Source: an uncultured Myxococcales bacterium (GTDB taxonomy: Bacteria; Myxococcota_A; Polyangia; Fen-1088). Taken from it: DNA of 35,690 nt. The position numbers and the translations under genes are program-made. The DNA lies in the NCBI GenBank assembly GCA_964440665.1, contig CAYTTF010000005.1, positions 1 through 35,690 of the forward strand, given 5' to 3'. This document shows, piece after piece, positions 1 through 7,653 of the stretch. Position 1 is the stretch's first letter. The number at the start of each line of letters is the position of its first letter. The notes below the pieces were generated by a model. It did not search any database. It saw only the letters and a list, made by a program, of their open reading frames with translations, and was not told the DNA's origin.

Positions 1-118
1 CCGGCACGATTGGCAACGCTGGGACCAACGGAATGGCCGGCACGATGGGCAAGGCTGGCACCAACGGAATGGCCGGCACGATGGGCAAGGCTGGGACCAA
101 CGGAATGGCCGGCACGAC
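1..118. repeat. 36-nt in-frame tandem repeat: three full copies plus a degenerate fourth, truncated by the window edge.
   Basis: Units 1-36, 37-72 and 73-108 are near identical (ccggcacgatgggcaaggctgg[c/g]accaacggaatgg). They encode AGTMGKAGTNGM. Confidence 0.85.
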
Positions 119-377
119 GGGGATGGGCGGCGGCGCGGCCAAGAACTGCATCGACGCGATCAAGCTGAACGGCTACGCGTTCACGGGCGCATCGCCTTGC
201 AGCGCCTGCAAGGAAAACTCGACGGACAAGTCCACCCAGTGTGAAGCGATGATCAACTGCGAAGATACCGGCTACCCCTGCACCGGCAACTGTTCGACCG
301 ATTGCTTGAACACAGCGATGGGTGACGGTGTTGTCGCCGGGTGCGTCAGCAGTCTTGTGGCCGCCTCGTGCAATTGA
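1..377 (+). CDS. 3' part of a secreted repeat protein (5' end outside the window). It has Gly/Thr/Asn-rich 12-aa repeats followed by a ~80-aa domain with 10 Cys.
   Basis: The frame is open from the window edge (codons start at nt 3: GTIGNAGTNGMAGTMGKAGTNG...). The stop is at 375-377. The C-terminal part reads KNCIDAIKLNGYAFTGASPCSACKEN...CTGNCSTDCLN...SCN. I recognise no family. Confidence 0.6.
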   Translation, partial: GTIGNAGTNGMAGTMGKAGTNGMAGTMGKAGTNGMAGTTGMGGGAAKNCIDAIKLNGYAFTGASPCSACKENSTDKSTQCEAMINCEDTGYPCTGNCSTDCLNTAMGDGVVAGCVSSLVAASCN

Positions 378-392
378 CGTCGCTTACCTGAA

Positions 393-1841
393 TCAACGCG
401 GCGGTGGCGGCGCGGCGAAGGGCGCGGCCGGCGACAGAGCCGCCTCGGCGGCGGCCAAGCGCTGGCGCCAGCGGCCGGCGTCGGCGTTGCGGGGGTCGCG
501 CCGGAGGAGATCGCGGTAGGCGGTAGCGGCCTCGGCCCAGCGCCCTTCGGAGAATAGGCGATCGGCGTGGGCGACCGGCGTCTCGGCCTTGCGCGCGCTC
601 TTGTCGGACTCTTTCTTGCTGCGGGCGACGGGGGCCTCCTCGTCGGCCATGGCTTCCTCCTCGGAGGCCGCCTCGGCTCGATCTCGCTTGGCGGGGATGG
701 GAGCGCTCGCCGGAGGTGGCGGCGCGGGTGCCGCAGCGGGCGCTGATTCGGCTCGGCCGGCGCCCGCGTTCCTTTCGCGGGGCGGCGCCGCTTTGGCGAG
801 CGTGCCCGGTGATGCCTGCCGGGCCGGTGCCCCGGCGCCGCCTTCGAGATCGTTGCCCAGCCCGCCGAATCCTTTGGCGGCCGATTTTGCGGGGGCCGAG
901 CTCTTCTTTTCGGCGAGCCTGGGGTCAGAAGCGCCGCCTCCGCTGCCGCGCCCTGCGCCTTGGCGCGAAAGGCCGGATCCCTGGCGATCGAGCAGCACGT
1001 CGCCGTCGTCGGCCGCGGCCACCGGGGCGGCGGGGGTGCTCCTCGGCGGCGGCGGCTGAGCAAACGCACGGTCGGCGCGCCTGACCGCCGGTGGCTCGGC
1101 GTAGGCTTCACGGGCGACCTCGCTACTTTCTTTCGCGAGTCGCTCCGGTGCGGCTCGCCGCTTGTTTGCGATCTGCGCGGAGCCCGAGCCGAGCGCGCTC
1201 AGCCCGCCGGTAGCGCCCGGTCCGGCGTGGGCACGGACGGTGGCCTTTCCCTCGGCCGGAGCGTCGGCGGCAGGCGCGGTCGTCTCGGGCGCGGCGGCGC
1301 CCGGCGCGGCCATCTTGGGCGCAGCGGCGCCCGGCGCGGAACGCTCCGCTTCGGCTGCCGGCGCGGTCGCAGGCTCGCCGGCCGTCGTCGGTGCCGGTGC
1401 CTCGACGGGCGCCGGCACGAGGCCTTGGCGTCCGCGCTCGTACGTCTTCTCCGGTTCCATGAAGATCTTGCTCGCGAGCAGGAAGACTGCCACCGCGCCG
1501 ACCGTCGCCAGCGTCGGCAACGTCCAGCGCGCGCGCAGTCTCTCCCAGAACGTCGGGCCGGCTGGCTCGATGCGCTTTTCGGGTGCAGGTTGTCGGCCCG
1601 CGACGTCCGCGACCGCGGCGCGCAGGATCGCCTGGTGCGCCCGCGCCGGTGGCGTTTCGTCCAGCACCTGGCGCGCGATCGCGCGGGTGCTGCGGAGGCC
1701 CGCCAGCTCCGCGCGGCAGCGCGCGCAGCCACCGGCGTCGGCTTCGAGGTGGGCCTCGATCGCCGCGCGCTCGCCCTCCGGCAACTCCCCGTAGAGGAGC
1801 TCCATCATCCGCGCGCTCACGTCTTCACAGCTCTTCGCCAT
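393..1841 (-). CDS. Membrane anti-sigma factor with an N-terminal zf-HC2-like domain, one TM helix, a long Ala/Pro-rich extracytoplasmic region and a TPR-like C-terminus.
   Basis: The N-terminus reads CEDVSARMMELLYGELPEGERAAIEAHLEADAGGCARCRAEL (an H...CxxC motif). The TM helix is LPTLATVGAVAVFLLASKIF. It lies 6 nt downstream of the ECF sigma gene on the same strand. Confidence 0.8.
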   Translation of the reverse strand: MAKSCEDVSARMMELLYGELPEGERAAIEAHLEADAGGCARCRAELAGLRSTRAIARQVLDETPPARAHQAILRAAVADVAGRQPAPEKRIEPAGPTFWERLRARWTLPTLATVGAVAVFLLASKIFMEPEKTYERGRQGLVPAPVEAPAPTTAGEPATAPAAEAERSAPGAAAPKMAAPGAAAPETTAPAADAPAEGKATVRAHAGPGATGGLSALGSGSAQIANKRRAAPERLAKESSEVAREAYAEPPAVRRADRAFAQPPPPRSTPAAPVAAADDGDVLLDRQGSGLSRQGAGRGSGGGASDPRLAEKKSSAPAKSAAKGFGGLGNDLEGGAGAPARQASPGTLAKAAPPRERNAGAGRAESAPAAAPAPPPPASAPIPAKRDRAEAASEEEAMADEEAPVARSKKESDKSARKAETPVAHADRLFSEGRWAEAATAYRDLLRRDPRNADAGRWRQRLAAAEAALSPAAPFAAPPPPR

Positions 1842-1847
1842 CTGTCC

Positions 1848-2486
1848 CTATCCTGACCCCGTGGATTCGGCCGCGCCCGAGGTCACGCCGGCGCCCAGAT
1901 CGGCCAGCGCGCCGCGCAGCTTTTCGAGCGCGTAGCGCATCCGGCTCTTGACCGTCGGCTCCGACGCGCCCACCACGGACGCGATCTCGGAGAACGGCAG
2001 CTCCATCACTTCGCGCATCAAGAACACCTCACGTTGATCGTCCGGCAGCTCGGCGATGGCCCGATCGATCCGGCGTGCCGCCTGCCGGTCGGCCACCACC
2101 GCGTCGGCCGGCGCGTCGGTCGACGCGATCCGGTCGTGCAAGGTCTCGGTCGACTCGGTGCCGGCCGGCCCCGTTCTATCCAGCGAAGCCGCCTCCCGGT
2201 GAACCGCCCGGCGCGCCCGATCGATGCAGAGGTTGCGGGCGATGGTGTAGAGCCAGGTCGAAAACTTGGCGTTTCCCTTCCAGGCCGCCGTCGATTCTTG
2301 GGCGTCCTTCACCACCCGCAAGAACACCTCCTGCAAAAGGTCCTCCGCCGCTTCTGCATCTCGCGAGAAGCGGCGGAGGAAGTTCCAGACCGGTTTTTCA
2401 TGGCGGGCCAGGAGTTTCTCGAACGCGCGCACCTCGCCGGCCCGGTACGCCGTCATGAGGGCCTCGTCCGACTCGTCGCCGTCCAC
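1848..2486 (-). CDS. ECF-type RNA polymerase sigma-70 family factor.
   Basis: Region 2 reads AEDLLQEVFLRVV...FSTWLYTIARNLCIDRAR. Region 4 reads LPDDQREVFLMREVMELPFSEIASVVGASEPTVKSRMRYALEKLR. It is followed directly by the anti-sigma gene. Confidence 0.9.
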   Translation of the reverse strand: MDGDESDEALMTAYRAGEVRAFEKLLARHEKPVWNFLRRFSRDAEAAEDLLQEVFLRVVKDAQESTAAWKGNAKFSTWLYTIARNLCIDRARRAVHREAASLDRTGPAGTESTETLHDRIASTDAPADAVVADRQAARRIDRAIAELPDDQREVFLMREVMELPFSEIASVVGASEPTVKSRMRYALEKLRGALADLGAGVTSGAAESTGSG

Positions 2487-2508
2487 CAGGGCGGCATCCT
2501 CGCCGGGC

Positions 2509-3540
2509 CTAGCGCCAGCCGCAAGCGCGCCGCCATCCGGGCGGGGGGGCGGCGAAGCGGCGATCGGTCGCGGGAAACGGCTCGGCCGTAAGGCGCAGGT
2601 CGGCGTCGGAGGCGCAGGTGTCGTCGGTGCCGTCGACGGGGATCCCCATCGCGAGCAGCCCTTCGCGATCGTTGTAGCGCGCGCCCAGGACCGCTGCGGG
2701 ACGACCGGAATTGGCCCGCACGAACTCGACCTCGTAGATCTGCGAGCTCACCGCTTCCCCGTATTCGGTGCCGAGGCCGGGACGCGATTTCTTGTTGGGC
2801 GCCTGCGCTTCCGCATGCGCCCCCTTGGCACGTCCGCTCTCCAGGTCGTCGGCCATCGGCGCCTCTTCGGCGGGCGCCGACTTGTCCATGGAACGGGCGG
2901 CCGGGGGCGCTGCCGCTGCCGACGGGGCGTCATATCCGCCGCCGCCCATCGAGCCCTGTGAGCTGCGGGGGTCGTAGCGGTAGTCGCGCATCCGCGACGA
3001 TTCGGGGAGCGCCAGCGGGCGGCGGGGCGGATACAGGATCGGCGGCGGGACGTAGCGCTCGGGGAAGACGGCGACGCCGATGACGCCGACCTCGCGGGCG
3101 CTGCCGGTGCGGGCGGCGTACGAATCGCGGACGCTCGAAAAGCGAAAGGCGGCCGCCTCTGCGTGCGAGATCCGCCAGCCGTCGATGTCGACCGAGCCCC
3201 AGGCCGGGACCAGGTACCCGCGTTTGCCGCGGAAGTCGGCCGGCTTGCCGTCGACGACGTCGCGCCCGTCGACCGACACCACCGCCTCGATCCGCCGCCC
3301 CGAGTGGTTGGCGACCCGCAGCGTGTAGCGTGCGCCGAGCTGGCCGAGCACGTAGGTGTCACCATCGTATGTGTAGGTCGGCACCGGCACGCCGTCCACC
3401 AGCACGGTCATCTCGTAGCCGGCCACCCGGTCGCGCAACGCCGTCGGTCCGTTCGGGAGCGGGGACGCCGCGCACGAGTCCGCGGCCAGCAAGAGCGATC
3501 CGATTCCAAAGAGCGTGGTCAGCAAAGAGATCCTGGTCAT
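2509..3540 (-). CDS. Secreted hypothetical protein, the first gene of the ECF sigma operon.
   Basis: I chose the ATG at 3540 (MTRISLLTTLFGIGSLLLAADSCAAS, a signal peptide). It is preceded by GGAGG (minus strand, 6 nt spacer). The ORF track's longer version (to 3642) adds a non-signal N-terminus. The stop is 22 nt upstream of the sigma gene. I recognise no family. Confidence 0.65.
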   Translation of the reverse strand: MTRISLLTTLFGIGSLLLAADSCAASPLPNGPTALRDRVAGYEMTVLVDGVPVPTYTYDGDTYVLGQLGARYTLRVANHSGRRIEAVVSVDGRDVVDGKPADFRGKRGYLVPAWGSVDIDGWRISHAEAAAFRFSSVRDSYAARTGSAREVGVIGVAVFPERYVPPPILYPPRRPLALPESSRMRDYRYDPRSSQGSMGGGGYDAPSAAAAPPAARSMDKSAPAEEAPMADDLESGRAKGAHAEAQAPNKKSRPGLGTEYGEAVSSQIYEVEFVRANSGRPAAVLGARYNDREGLLAMGIPVDGTDDTCASDADLRLTAEPFPATDRRFAAPPPGWRRACGWR

Positions 3541-3656
3541 GATGAGCCTCCTGTCCCTTACCGACGCGCGACCGGCCGGAAAGATCTGGCCGCTAACTTT
3601 TCGGGGCGGCAGCGTGTCAAACGGGCGCAGCACCGAGACCACGAAGGAGACACCTC

Positions 3657-4205
3657 ATGCGCACCAAGAGCTCGCCCTATGTACGACAAGTCCTGCCACC
3701 CCAACGCCCGCGCCGGTTCGGGCTCTGGCTCCTCGGGCCGGTGGTCGCGGCCCTGGCACTCGGGGGCGTGTCCATCTCGGCCGCCCACGCCCAAGCGACG
3801 GGCGAAGGTCAGCAGGTCGATCCGACCGACGCGGGGGCGATGGCGGGCGGCTTCATGGCGCGCCGGATGGAGCGGATGCTCGACAAAGTCGGCGCGACGG
3901 CCAGTCAGCGCAGCCAGATCGAAGCGATCTGGAGCGATCTGCGTCCGCAGCTCAAGGCGATGCACCAGCAGCACGGGGCCGTGCGCCAGCAGATCGTCGG
4001 CGCTCTGACGGCAGCCACCATCAACCCGTCCACGGTCGAGCAGCTCCGGCAGCAGTCGATGACGCTCGCCAACCGAAGCTCGACGCTGCTCACGCAGGGC
4101 TTCGTTCAGACCGCCCAGGTGCTGACACCCGATCAACGCCGTCAGGTCCAGGCGATCCTGGCGCAGGAGCACGGGCACTTCCGCCACGGGCACGGGCAGG
4201 AGTAA
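3657..4205 (+). CDS. Periplasmic Spy/CpxP/ZraP-family (LTxxQ) protein with a His-rich C-terminal tail.
   Basis: An AAGGAGA RBS lies 6 nt before the ATG. There is a signal/TM segment (FGLWLLGPVVAALALGGVSISAAHA). The LTPDQ motif is at 4122-4136 (LTPDQRRQVQAIL). The tail reads EHGHFRHGHGQE. Confidence 0.8.
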   Translation: MRTKSSPYVRQVLPPQRPRRFGLWLLGPVVAALALGGVSISAAHAQATGEGQQVDPTDAGAMAGGFMARRMERMLDKVGATASQRSQIEAIWSDLRPQLKAMHQQHGAVRQQIVGALTAATINPSTVEQLRQQSMTLANRSSTLLTQGFVQTAQVLTPDQRRQVQAILAQEHGHFRHGHGQE

Positions 4206-4244
4206 CCGCAGCCGACCCTTCGCGCCATCCGGCGACCCAGGCGT

Positions 4245-4259
4245 CCAGGTTCAACCTGG
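4245..4259. terminator. Short hairpin between the convergent zraP-like gene and the small ORF, with a T-rich stretch 12 nt downstream on the + strand.
   Basis: The sequence ccaggttcaacctgg forms a stem (ccagg/cctgg), followed by cgattgggtcgtttttgtttt. It overlaps the stop of the minus-strand small ORF. The structure is weak. Confidence 0.3.
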
Positions 4260-4478
4260 CGATTGGGTCGTTTTTGTTTTGGGCGCCACGGGCTTTCCGA
4301 GACTTCTGACGACCTGAAACAGGACGGTGGCGAACAAGACGGCGAAGGCCACCATCATCGCGGCGGCGAGTCCCTTCATCGCGCTCGGCGTGGTCGGCAG
4401 GAACCTGCGACAACCTGGGCAAACCTTAGCGGTCGTGAGGACCGGTTTTCCACATCCAGTACAGGGCTTCAGTGCCAA
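4251..4478 (-). CDS. Small (75 aa) zinc-ribbon protein with one C-terminal TM helix, the last ORF downstream of mdtC.
   Basis: A TTG start is preceded by AGGAGA with an 8-nt spacer. The N-terminus reads CTGCGKPVLTTAKVCPGC (CxxC-N11-CxxC). The TM helix is GLAAAMMVAFAVLFATVLFQVV, followed by a Lys/Thr tail. Confidence 0.55.
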   Translation of the reverse strand: MALKPCTGCGKPVLTTAKVCPGCRRFLPTTPSAMKGLAAAMMVAFAVLFATVLFQVVRSLGKPVAPKTKTTQSPG

Positions 4479-4551
4479 GTTTGGTTTCTCCTGAGCGGAC
4501 TATGACGATGATACCGGACACCCGCGCGGCCTCTGGCGGGTTTCCGGAGCC

Positions 4552-7500
4552 TCAGGCCTGGGCCTGCGCTTCGGCGGCCGCCGTCTGGTGCTCGACGGCG
4601 TGGTCGCGGCGGAGGCGGTCGTGGTAGAGGTAGATCACCGGCGTCGAGAAGAGGTTCAGGAGCTGGGAGACGCAGAGGCCGCCCACGATCGTGATGCCGA
4701 GTGGGCGGCGGAGCTCGGAGCCGGCGCCCAGGCCCAGCGCGAGCGGCACCGCGCCGAACAGCGCCGCCAGGGTGGTCATCAAGATCGGGCGGAAGCGGAG
4801 CAGACAGGCGCGGTGGATCGCCTCTTTGGGATCGAGGCCTTCGTTGCGCTCCGCCTCGAGCGCGAAGTCGATCATCATGATGGCGTTCTTCTTCACGATG
4901 CCGAGCAGCAGGATCACCCCGATGAGGGCGATGATGCTGAAATCGAAGTGCAGGACCATGAGGGCGATGAGCGCCCCCAGCGCCGCCGACGGCAGCGTCG
5001 ACAGGATCGTGATCGGGTGGATCAGGCTCTCGTAGAGCATGCCGAGCACGATGTAAACGGTGAAGAGCGCGGCGGCGATCAGCCAGGGCTCGCTGTTGAG
5101 CGACGCGCCGAAGGCCTGCGCGGTTCCTTGAAAGCTGGCGTGGATTCCGGAGGGCAGGCCGATCTGCCGTTCCGCGGCGTCGATCGCTTTGACCGCGTCG
5201 CCCAGCGCGGCGCCGGGCGCCAGGTTGAAGGACAGGGTGGTGGCCGGGAACTGCCCCTGGTGCGTGACCGCCAGCGGTGTGGGCGTTTCGGTCATGTGCG
5301 CGATGCTGGGCAGCGGAACCAGCTGGCCGGCGGCGCCCCGCACGTACACGTGGACCAGCTGGTCGGGGCTGGCGTACTGCTCGGGCGTCGCCTCCAGTAC
5401 CACCCGATAGTAGTTGAGCGCCGTGAACGAGGTCGCCACCTGGCGCTGGCCGAAGGCATCGTAGAGGGTGTCGTCCACCATCTGCGCCGTGATGCCGAGC
5501 CGGCTGGCGCTGTCGCGGTCGACGTCGACCGCCAGCTCGAGCCCGGCGGTCTGTTGATCGCTCGCGACATCGCGGAGCTGGGGCAGCTTCTTCAGCTTGT
5601 CGAGGACGCGCGGGCTCCAGGTCTGCAGCTCGGCCAGGTCGGCGTCCTCCAGCGCGTACTGATACTGGGTCCGCGAGCTGCGGCCGCCCATGCGGACGTC
5701 CTGCACGGATTGCAGGAACAGGGTGATGCCCGGCACCCGCGCCAGCTGAGGGCGCAAGCGGGCGATGATCTGATCGGCGTTGCTCTTGCGCTTGGCGTAG
5801 TCCTTGAGCGTGATGAACATGGTGCCGGTGTTGCCGGCGCCGCTCGATCCGCCCACGAAGGCGATGGTGTGCGAGACGTCGGGATCCGCGTTGACGATCT
5901 TGTTCACCTTCTCCTGCGCCTTGCGCATCGCCCCGGACGAGATGTCCTGTGACGCCTCGGAAAAGCCCGAGAGCATGCCGGTGTCCTGTTGGGGAAAGAG
6001 GCCCTTGGGGACCTTGATGGCGAGGAAGACCGTGAGCCCGAGCGTGGCGGCGGTCAGGAACAGCATGACGAGTGAGTGCTCGAGCACCCAGGTGAGCCCG
6101 CGATCGTAGCCGTGGACCATGGCCGTGAAGACCCGCTCCGAGGCGCGGTAGAAACGCCCCTGGCGTTGCGCGCTGGCCGGGCGGAGGAGTCGGCCCGCCA
6201 TCATGGGGGTGACGGTCAGCGACACGACGGCCGAGATGGCGACCGCCACGCTGAGCGTGACCGCGAACTCGCGGAACAGGCGGCCGATGATGCCGCCCAT
6301 GAAGAGGATGGGGATGAACACGGCGATGAGCGAGACCGTGATGGAGATGATGGTGAAGCCGATCTGCTTGGCGCCCTCCAGCGCCGCCTGGAGCGGCGGT
6401 TTTCCGTCCTCGATGAGGCGGGCGATGTTCTCGGTCACCACGATGGCGTCGTCGACGACGAACCCGGTCGAGATCGTGAGCGCCATGAGCGACAGGTTGT
6501 CCAGGCTGTAGTCGAGGAGGTACATGACGCCGAAGGTACCGATCAGCGACAGGGGCACGGCGATGGTCGGGATGGCGGTGGCGCGCGCGCTACGCAGGAA
6601 GATGAAGACCACGGCGGTCACCAGGAACACGCTCAAGAGCAAGGTCGTCTCGACGTCGCGCACCGAGGCGCGGATGGTCGCCGTCCGATCGGAGGCGATG
6701 TCGACCTTGATGGCCGGCGAGATTGACTCCCGCAGGAACGGCAAGGCGGCCTTGACCCCGTCGATCGTCGACAGGATGTTCGCCCCCGGTTGCCGGCGGA
6801 TGATCATGAGGACGCAGCGCTGGCCGTCGATCCACCCGGCCAGACGGTTGTTCTCGACGTCGTCGAAGACCTTGGCGACGTCGCCCAGACGGATCGTCGC
6901 GCCGTTTTGGTACGAGATCACGAGCTGGCGGTAGGCGTCCGCGCCCAGCAGCTGGTCGGTGGCGGCGATGTTGTAGGTGACGGTCGCGCCGGTCAGCGTC
7001 CCCTTGGGCTGGTTGGCGGTCGACGTCGCCAGCGCGGCGCGCACGTCCTCCAAGGAGAGACCGCGGCCGGCCAAGGTCTCCTGGTCGACCTGGACGCGCA
7101 CGGCCGGCTGTTGCCCGCCACCCACGAACACCTGGCCGACCCCGCTGATTTGCGAGATCTTCTGGGCCAGGACGCTGTTGGCGGCGTCGAAGACCTGCGC
7201 CAGCGGCAAGGACTCCGAGGTGAGCGAGAGGATCAGGACCGGCGAGTCGGCCGGGTTGACCTTACGATAGTTGGGGAGGCTGGGAAGGTTGGGCGGCAGC
7301 TCGGAGAGGGAGGCGTTGATGGCCGCCTGGACGTCGCGGGCGGCGCCCGTGATGTCGCGATCCAGATCGAACTGCAAGGTGATCGACGTGGAGCCCAGGG
7401 TGTTGACCGAGGTCATCTCGGTCAGGCCGGCGATCCGCCCGAATCGCCGCTCGAGCGGCGTGGCCACCGACGAGGCCATGGTGTTGGGGCTGGCCCCGGG

Positions 7501-7653
7501 CAGTGCGCCGGAGACCTGGATGGTCGGAAAGTCGACCCGCGGCAGCGGGGCGACCGACAGGTACCGGTAGGCCATCCCTCCTGCGAGGATCACGGCAGCC
7601 GCCAACAACGACGTCGCGATCGGTCGCTCGACGAAGGGCGCCGAGATGTTCAT
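4552..7653 (-). CDS. mdtC: RND efflux permease, MdtC-like (HAE-1 type).
   Basis: The 1033-aa product starts MNISAPFVERPIATSLL...LPRVDFPTIQVSGALPGASPNTMASSVATPLER. This aligns by eye with E. coli MdtC. TM4 contains GFVVDDAIVVTEN. The start overlaps the mdtB stop (ATGA). Confidence 0.93.
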   Translation of the reverse strand: MNISAPFVERPIATSLLAAAVILAGGMAYRYLSVAPLPRVDFPTIQVSGALPGASPNTMASSVATPLERRFGRIAGLTEMTSVNTLGSTSITLQFDLDRDITGAARDVQAAINASLSELPPNLPSLPNYRKVNPADSPVLILSLTSESLPLAQVFDAANSVLAQKISQISGVGQVFVGGGQQPAVRVQVDQETLAGRGLSLEDVRAALATSTANQPKGTLTGATVTYNIAATDQLLGADAYRQLVISYQNGATIRLGDVAKVFDDVENNRLAGWIDGQRCVLMIIRRQPGANILSTIDGVKAALPFLRESISPAIKVDIASDRTATIRASVRDVETTLLLSVFLVTAVVFIFLRSARATAIPTIAVPLSLIGTFGVMYLLDYSLDNLSLMALTISTGFVVDDAIVVTENIARLIEDGKPPLQAALEGAKQIGFTIISITVSLIAVFIPILFMGGIIGRLFREFAVTLSVAVAISAVVSLTVTPMMAGRLLRPASAQRQGRFYRASERVFTAMVHGYDRGLTWVLEHSLVMLFLTAATLGLTVFLAIKVPKGLFPQQDTGMLSGFSEASQDISSGAMRKAQEKVNKIVNADPDVSHTIAFVGGSSGAGNTGTMFITLKDYAKRKSNADQIIARLRPQLARVPGITLFLQSVQDVRMGGRSSRTQYQYALEDADLAELQTWSPRVLDKLKKLPQLRDVASDQQTAGLELAVDVDRDSASRLGITAQMVDDTLYDAFGQRQVATSFTALNYYRVVLEATPEQYASPDQLVHVYVRGAAGQLVPLPSIAHMTETPTPLAVTHQGQFPATTLSFNLAPGAALGDAVKAIDAAERQIGLPSGIHASFQGTAQAFGASLNSEPWLIAAALFTVYIVLGMLYESLIHPITILSTLPSAALGALIALMVLHFDFSIIALIGVILLLGIVKKNAIMMIDFALEAERNEGLDPKEAIHRACLLRFRPILMTTLAALFGAVPLALGLGAGSELRRPLGITIVGGLCVSQLLNLFSTPVIYLYHDRLRRDHAVEHQTAAAEAQAQA

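Noticed and set aside
3587-3602. A sigma54-like TGGCCGCTAACTTTTC upstream of the zraP-like gene.
   Set aside because: The GG is present, but the -12 position carries TT instead of GC at the canonical spacing. I do not consider it a sigma54 promoter.
3541-3642. N-terminal extensions offered by the ORF track for several genes: 2509-3642, 12157-13638, 7650-10940, 27090-30713 and 31287-33107.
   Set aside because: In each case an internal start gives a proper signal peptide or a conserved N-terminus. In three cases it also gives an RBS or stop/start overlap. The extensions add non-homologous residues and, for tolC, run through the predicted promoter.
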